Below, in pieces: positions 59,798 to 64,000 of a stretch of DNA of 64,000 nt. The translations under genes were made by a program, and so were the position numbers. Every line of letters starts with the position of its first letter. Position 1 is the first letter of the stretch. Origin of the DNA: an uncultured bacterium (GTDB lineage: Bacteria > Omnitrophota > Omnitrophia > Omnitrophales > Aquincolibacteriaceae); the NCBI GenBank assembly GCA_964385615.1, contig CAYLPP010000013.1, forward strand, positions 8,130 through 72,129, written 5' to 3'. The notes under the pieces were generated by a model, which was not told the origin of the DNA, searched no databases, and saw nothing but the letters and a program-made list of their open reading frames with translations.

Positions 59798-62002
59798 TTA
59801 CTTTGAATCGGCAATGAAAACTCCGTTCCAGCCTTGCGGAGGCGGAAAAGTCTGGTAGGACCGGGTTCTTTCCCGGAAAGTGCTCTTGAGTATGTCCGCC
59901 TTCAGGTAAGTAAAATCCCCTTTAAAAATATCTAAAACCGCTTCGGCTTCCTGCCAATGGCGTCCGCGGTATTTATCAAGGAATTTCAAAAAGAGAGAGA
60001 TAGCTTCCTGTTCCGTTCCGGGCGCGCCCGCTAACGCCAGCGCCCGCACCGGCTTGGTCTTTCCTTTAACCTGGATTAAATCCACTTCCACGAATTCAAA
60101 CTGATTTTTCACGGCCAGCGCCGTGCTTTCGCTGACTAAAATACTAGCGCCGTAAAATCCTGAAAGCCCTTGCAGGCGGGAAGCCAGATTGACTTCGTCA
60201 CCCAGCACGGAATAATCAAACCTCTGATCGGAACCCATGTTGCCGACACAGCATTTACCGGTGTTAATGCCAATGGCCAGTTCAATGGGCTGGAAACTTT
60301 TTGCCTGGTTCTTGGCTTCTTCCGCCATTTCAAGGTTCCAGAGTTTTAGGTGGTCCTGCATGGCCGCGGCCGCGCGGCAGGCGTTGACCGCGTGATCTTT
60401 ATCTTCCAGGGGAGCGTTCCAGAAAGCCATAATGCAATCGCCCATGTATTTATCGATTGTTCCTTTATTTTTCAAAATAATATCCGTCATGGGCGTCAGG
60501 AAACGATTCATGAAATGGGTCAGTTCCTGGGCGCTGTAACGTTCGGAAAAAGTCGTGAAACCGCGGATGTCGGCGAAAAGCACCGTCATTTCTTTCATTT
60601 CACCGCCGAGTTTCAGCTGGTCCGGCTTGTCTTCCAGCTGTTTGACGATTTCCGGCGCGAGGTAACGGCTGAAAGCTCCGCGGATATGACGGCGTTCATT
60701 TTCGGAGCGAAGATAATTGAGCAGGGAAGCCGCGAGATAAATGATCAGCGAAGCCAGAGACGGCACGACGGGGTCCAGAAGCAGGCGCCACGCAGTGAAC
60801 GCGTGCCATGAAAAGATAAAAGCTCCCGCGATAAATAAAATCGAAAGAACCGCGCAGGCAAGCGCACCCAGGCGGGGCAGAAGGAAGACCAGGATTAGGC
60901 CTAGCAAGAAAACGTAAACGGTTTCGGCGCCGGATGCCCAGTCAGGGCGGGAAAGAAAGTTTTGCTCCATGACTTGTTCAGCAAGCTGAACATGGATTTC
61001 CGTGCCAGCGCTGACGGGGTTCAGGGGGGTAGCGCGAAGATCTTTGAGCCCGCCCGCGCTGGACCCAATGAAAATAATTTTACCCTCCACCATTTTAGGG
61101 TCGAAATCTTTTTCAAGGACTTTCCAGGCCGGAATAAACCGCTCCGCTTTATGCCCGCTGTCGTACAGCCAGATTTTCCCCGTTCCATCGGTAGGAATGA
61201 TCATGTTTCCGGTCTTGATGGAAAGAATCCCGGTTTTTTCTCCGAACCCTGTTTCACCGCTGGCGCCTGAGCTTTTGAGAATCATGCCCGAAGCGCCTTG
61301 AGCGACGCGCAGAGATTCCATGACCAGCGAGGGAAAAAGCTTGTCTTGAATGCGGAACACAACCGGAACCCGTCTGATGATGCTGTCACGCTCCGCCAAA
61401 AAATTAAAACTTCCGTTACCGGCCGCGCTTTTTTCAATATTGGGAAGATTGACAACCGCGCCCTTGAAAGACGGCAGGAAATTTTTAGGATCATCTCCGG
61501 AATAAGCGAAGCCGGTTTTAAGTGCCGGAAGAACTCCGTTTTCTCCGGAAGTCAGAATAAAACCGGTGACAGCGGGCTTGCCTTCAAGGGCTTTGGCTAG
61601 ATTCGGGTCTTGGTCGGGCTGGGAAGCAAGACACTTCTTACCTTTTCCCGGGGCCTCCGGCAATAAGTGGGCAACCTGCCCGGGGCTGGTACGGTCGGGT
61701 TCCGCGAAGACAATATCAAAAACGACCGCGGCCGCGCCCGAATCCGTAAGCTTTGTAAAAAGCCGGGCAACCAGCGTGCGAGGCCAGGGCCATTGGCCCA
61801 GCTTGGTCAGACTCGCGTCATCAATATCCACCAGCGCGGCCGGTGTTTCCGGATTATAAACGCGGGGTTTGAGACGCTGAAATTGATCGAAGACTTTGAG
61901 AGAGAAACTTTCGAGCGGCTGAGCCAGAATGATTTTTAAAAAGACGATTCCGATTAGAACTAAAAGAGGAATCAGAGAGCCGGCTTTTTTAGTCAGGTTC
62001 AT
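59798..62002 (-). CDS. CHASE2 sensor domain fused to a class III adenylate/guanylate cyclase
   Basis: N-terminal TM plus the QWPWPR CHASE2 hallmark, further TM helices, then a cyclase domain (FADIRGFTTFSE...YMGDCIMAFWNAP...GINTGKCCVGNMGS...VLGDEVNLASRLQ). Confidence 0.8.
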   Translation of the reverse strand: MNLTKKAGSLIPLLVLIGIVFLKIILAQPLESFSLKVFDQFQRLKPRVYNPETPAALVDIDDASLTKLGQWPWPRTLVARLFTKLTDSGAAAVVFDIVFAEPDRTSPGQVAHLLPEAPGKGKKCLASQPDQDPNLAKALEGKPAVTGFILTSGENGVLPALKTGFAYSGDDPKNFLPSFKGAVVNLPNIEKSAAGNGSFNFLAERDSIIRRVPVVFRIQDKLFPSLVMESLRVAQGASGMILKSSGASGETGFGEKTGILSIKTGNMIIPTDGTGKIWLYDSGHKAERFIPAWKVLEKDFDPKMVEGKIIFIGSSAGGLKDLRATPLNPVSAGTEIHVQLAEQVMEQNFLSRPDWASGAETVYVFLLGLILVFLLPRLGALACAVLSILFIAGAFIFSWHAFTAWRLLLDPVVPSLASLIIYLAASLLNYLRSENERRHIRGAFSRYLAPEIVKQLEDKPDQLKLGGEMKEMTVLFADIRGFTTFSERYSAQELTHFMNRFLTPMTDIILKNKGTIDKYMGDCIMAFWNAPLEDKDHAVNACRAAAAMQDHLKLWNLEMAEEAKNQAKSFQPIELAIGINTGKCCVGNMGSDQRFDYSVLGDEVNLASRLQGLSGFYGASILVSESTALAVKNQFEFVEVDLIQVKGKTKPVRALALAGAPGTEQEAISLFLKFLDKYRGRHWQEAEAVLDIFKGDFTYLKADILKSTFRERTRSYQTFPPPQGWNGVFIADSK

Positions 62003-63264
62003 GGAATCCGGACGGCTAAAAGGGTTGTGTCGTCGTGCTGAGGCGCGTCTTTGGCGAAATTTTGCAGATCCGCGAGAACCGTTTCAGCGTAATCAGAAGC
62101 GCTCGCGCGGGGAGAAGATAGAATTTTCTTCAGACGGTCAATGCCGTATTCCTGCGATGAAGGGTTGCGGGCTTCAATAACACCATCGGTGTAAACAAAC
62201 AGGCTGTCTCCTTCCGCGCAGCTGAAGGAACCTTTCTGGTACTGGCTTCCATCGGCCAGGCCGACCGGCACCCCGCCAATATTTTCGAATTCCTCCAGAG
62301 TTCCGCCCGAGTTTTTTCTTAAAACCGGGTGATGCCCGGCGGAAACGTATTCGATTTTCTTTTCACGGTTATCGACGATCAAATAAAGAAGCGTGACAAA
62401 CATTCCAAACGGGCTGTTCTTGGCCAGGATGGCGTTGAGTTTCGTGACCAGCTCCGCGGGGCAGGCGCATTTCTGCACCAGGAAACGGTACTCCGACATG
62501 GTTCTTACCATATAAAGAGCCGCCGGCACGCCTTTGCCTGAAACATCGCCGATCACAATCCCGGTCCGGTGCTCGTCGATTTTGACGACATCATAAAAAT
62601 CTCCGCCTACGTCCCGGGCCGGCAGACTGCGCGCGGCCAATTCCACCGCGAATTGATTGCCGGAAAGGTCGGGTAAGAAATTCTGCTGAATTTCATGCGC
62701 GATTTTTAGTTCCTGACGGGTCTTTTCCTGGCGGAGCATTTCACCGTGCATACGAGCGTTTTCAACCGCGAGCGCGGCTTGATCGGCAAAAGCCTGAAAC
62801 AGCGAAAGATCATCGGCGTCGAATTCCTTGCGCCCTTTCGGGTTAATGGCTTCCAGAATGCCGATAATTTTGCCTTTCACGTGCATAGGCACACACAAGA
62901 TCGCCTGGCTTTTAAAGCCGGTCGACTGGTCGAAGCGCTTGGCGAAGCGTTTGTCTTTTTGCGTGTTGTTGACGATCAGAGCCTTGCGTGTTTTGGCGAC
63001 GGTTCCCGCGATGCCTTCACCGACATCGACTTGAAAATTTTCTTTGAGGGTGTTGGCTTTACAGCCCAGAGCGACTTTAAAAACAAGGTGATTGCCGGAA
63101 GGGTCGAGAAGCATGAGCGAAGCCGCGTGAGTGTTCACGACTTCCGCTGCGGTGTTCATAATAACGCCAAGAAGCTCCTCGAGGTTCAGAGTTGAGTTGA
63201 TCTTGGCGTTCAGGGCCAGGACTTTTTCCAGGTTCTGAATTTTCCTTTTTGAGGAGACGGTCAT
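61999..63264 (-). CDS. GAF domain plus PP2C-type (SpoIIE/RsbU-like) serine phosphatase (ORF track extends to 63432; start reassigned to the ATG in the ATGA overlap at 63264)
   Basis: A GAF region (ILCVPMHVKGKIIGILEAINP) and PP2C motifs (ARDVGGDFYDV...GIVIGDVSGKGVPAALYM...YTDGVIEA). Confidence 0.75.
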   Translation of the reverse strand: MTVSSKRKIQNLEKVLALNAKINSTLNLEELLGVIMNTAAEVVNTHAASLMLLDPSGNHLVFKVALGCKANTLKENFQVDVGEGIAGTVAKTRKALIVNNTQKDKRFAKRFDQSTGFKSQAILCVPMHVKGKIIGILEAINPKGRKEFDADDLSLFQAFADQAALAVENARMHGEMLRQEKTRQELKIAHEIQQNFLPDLSGNQFAVELAARSLPARDVGGDFYDVVKIDEHRTGIVIGDVSGKGVPAALYMVRTMSEYRFLVQKCACPAELVTKLNAILAKNSPFGMFVTLLYLIVDNREKKIEYVSAGHHPVLRKNSGGTLEEFENIGGVPVGLADGSQYQKGSFSCAEGDSLFVYTDGVIEARNPSSQEYGIDRLKKILSSPRASASDYAETVLADLQNFAKDAPQHDDTTLLAVRIP

Positions 63265-63971
63265 AATTTCACCCAGAAACCAAACACCCATCCCCAAAGC
63301 GCGGCATAAAAATAATTCAGAAAGAAATCCAGGCCGTTTTTCATGCGAGGAGATGTCAGACGAAAAGGCGCAGGTACAAATGAAAACGCGAGTCCGGCCA
63401 AAGATGGAGAAAGAAAACAAAAAGAGATCCACGGCCGTTCGATTAATCCCCAGCTCATTTCAAAGCTGGTGATGAAGTGATCAGGCCGGGAATTTTTGAA
63501 GAAAGTTTTACGCACGGAGTGCAGGGAGTAGCTGGCTTTAAAAGTAACGCTGATGAATAAAATGGCCAGCAAAGTCAGGTCCTGGTTCAGATAGATTTTG
63601 TCGACGGCCGGAATCCCGAAAGTTCTGGGTTGGGATTGCGCTTCGGGCAGAAAAAAGACGGCGGACAGAAATAGTAAATGAAAAATCTGGTCGACGGTGA
63701 AATACCAGAAAGTGTTTTTGGGGTCTTTGGCCTGCAGGGAGTATTTGATCTGGTCCTGAAGATAGTGAATCACTGTAATAGCGCAGACGAAAACGACAAC
63801 CCGGATATCGGTGATATAAGGGAACAGCAAAAGCAGGGTGACCAGGCCGTGTATCAGGGCGTGAAAGAAGTGGCCCAGCCAACTGCGGATTTTAAGCTGA
63901 TACAGTTCCTCAAACTGGAGGATGAAATCGGCAACCATGTGCGCCAGAATCAGTTTCAGGAATAAAAACAT
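63261..63971 (-). CDS. Polytopic membrane protein, DUF3307-like (HxxxDFxLQ motif)
   Basis: MFLFLKLILAHMVADFILQFEE... and a multi-TM profile; it is the first gene of the minus-strand operon, with 4-nt overlaps downstream. Confidence 0.45.
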   Translation of the reverse strand: MFLFLKLILAHMVADFILQFEELYQLKIRSWLGHFFHALIHGLVTLLLLFPYITDIRVVVFVCAITVIHYLQDQIKYSLQAKDPKNTFWYFTVDQIFHLLFLSAVFFLPEAQSQPRTFGIPAVDKIYLNQDLTLLAILFISVTFKASYSLHSVRKTFFKNSRPDHFITSFEMSWGLIERPWISFCFLSPSLAGLAFSFVPAPFRLTSPRMKNGLDFFLNYFYAALWGWVFGFWVKL

Positions 63972-64000
63972 AAGCGCATTATGCCATTACACTTACGGTA

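Noticed and set aside
63261-63432. 172-nt same-strand overlap between the GAF-PP2C ORF and the upstream membrane-protein ORF
   Set aside because: The long N-terminal extension of the PP2C ORF (MDLFLFSFSIFGRTRV...) is probably not translated. An ATG in an ATGA stop/start overlap at 63264 with an upstream GAGGAG gives a normal start.

Overview
This 64 kb window looks like a chromosomal segment from a diderm (Gram-negative-type) bacterium, about 50-52% GC, gene-dense and mostly + strand up to about 52.1 kb. No rRNA, tRNA, CRISPR array, transposase or phage gene could be recognised. All calls rest on reading the translated ORFs and the DNA by eye; no database search was run.

Main content, in order:
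- aroK (5' truncated), aroB and dprA.
- A topoisomerase I ORF whose N-terminus is an in-frame ThiS-like ubiquitin-fold domain plus a Lys/Ala/Pro-rich linker.
- A Xer-family recombinase, then a long lipid A / Kdo / heptose LPS cluster (7.2-27.6 kb): waaA, lpxK, an LpxL-ELM1 fusion, a GT4-GT9 fusion, five GT9 heptosyltransferase domains in four ORFs, a DUF3108-like protein, a polysaccharide deacetylase, hldA (HldE kinase domain), kdsB, pyrG, kdsA, kdsD, a second lpxL, an lptC/A-like gene and lptB.
- A nitrogen-PTS-like cluster (hpf, ptsN, a membrane-anchored YvcK, HPr, EI) with no rpoN in its usual slot.
- Sugar-activation genes (PGI/PMI, a nucleotidyltransferase) and the SAM cycle (metK, ahcY).
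- A FIST protein, a NUDIX hydrolase, and a lower-GC gene with AT-rich upstream DNA that encodes a 705-aa secreted protein carrying a transglutaminase-like Cys/His/Asp core.
- A two-component pair, phoU, a fused NirD/AhbAB-like protein, and cofactor genes (thiC-like, nadA, ispG, an MqnC/MqnE-family radical SAM, a ThiF/MoeB-type E1).
- greA, a DMT transporter, an MDR dehydrogenase, nth and queG.

The most system-like novelty is at 55.9-64.0 kb. A TPR plus beta-barrel outer-membrane protein (Slam/DUF560-like architecture) is followed by two tandem paralogous secreted FecR-domain proteins with Cys-containing variable C-terminal domains. These abut, tail to tail, a minus-strand operon encoding a DUF3307-like membrane protein, a GAF-PP2C phosphatase and a CHASE2-adenylate cyclase. 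I read this as a candidate envelope-sensing cAMP signalling module.
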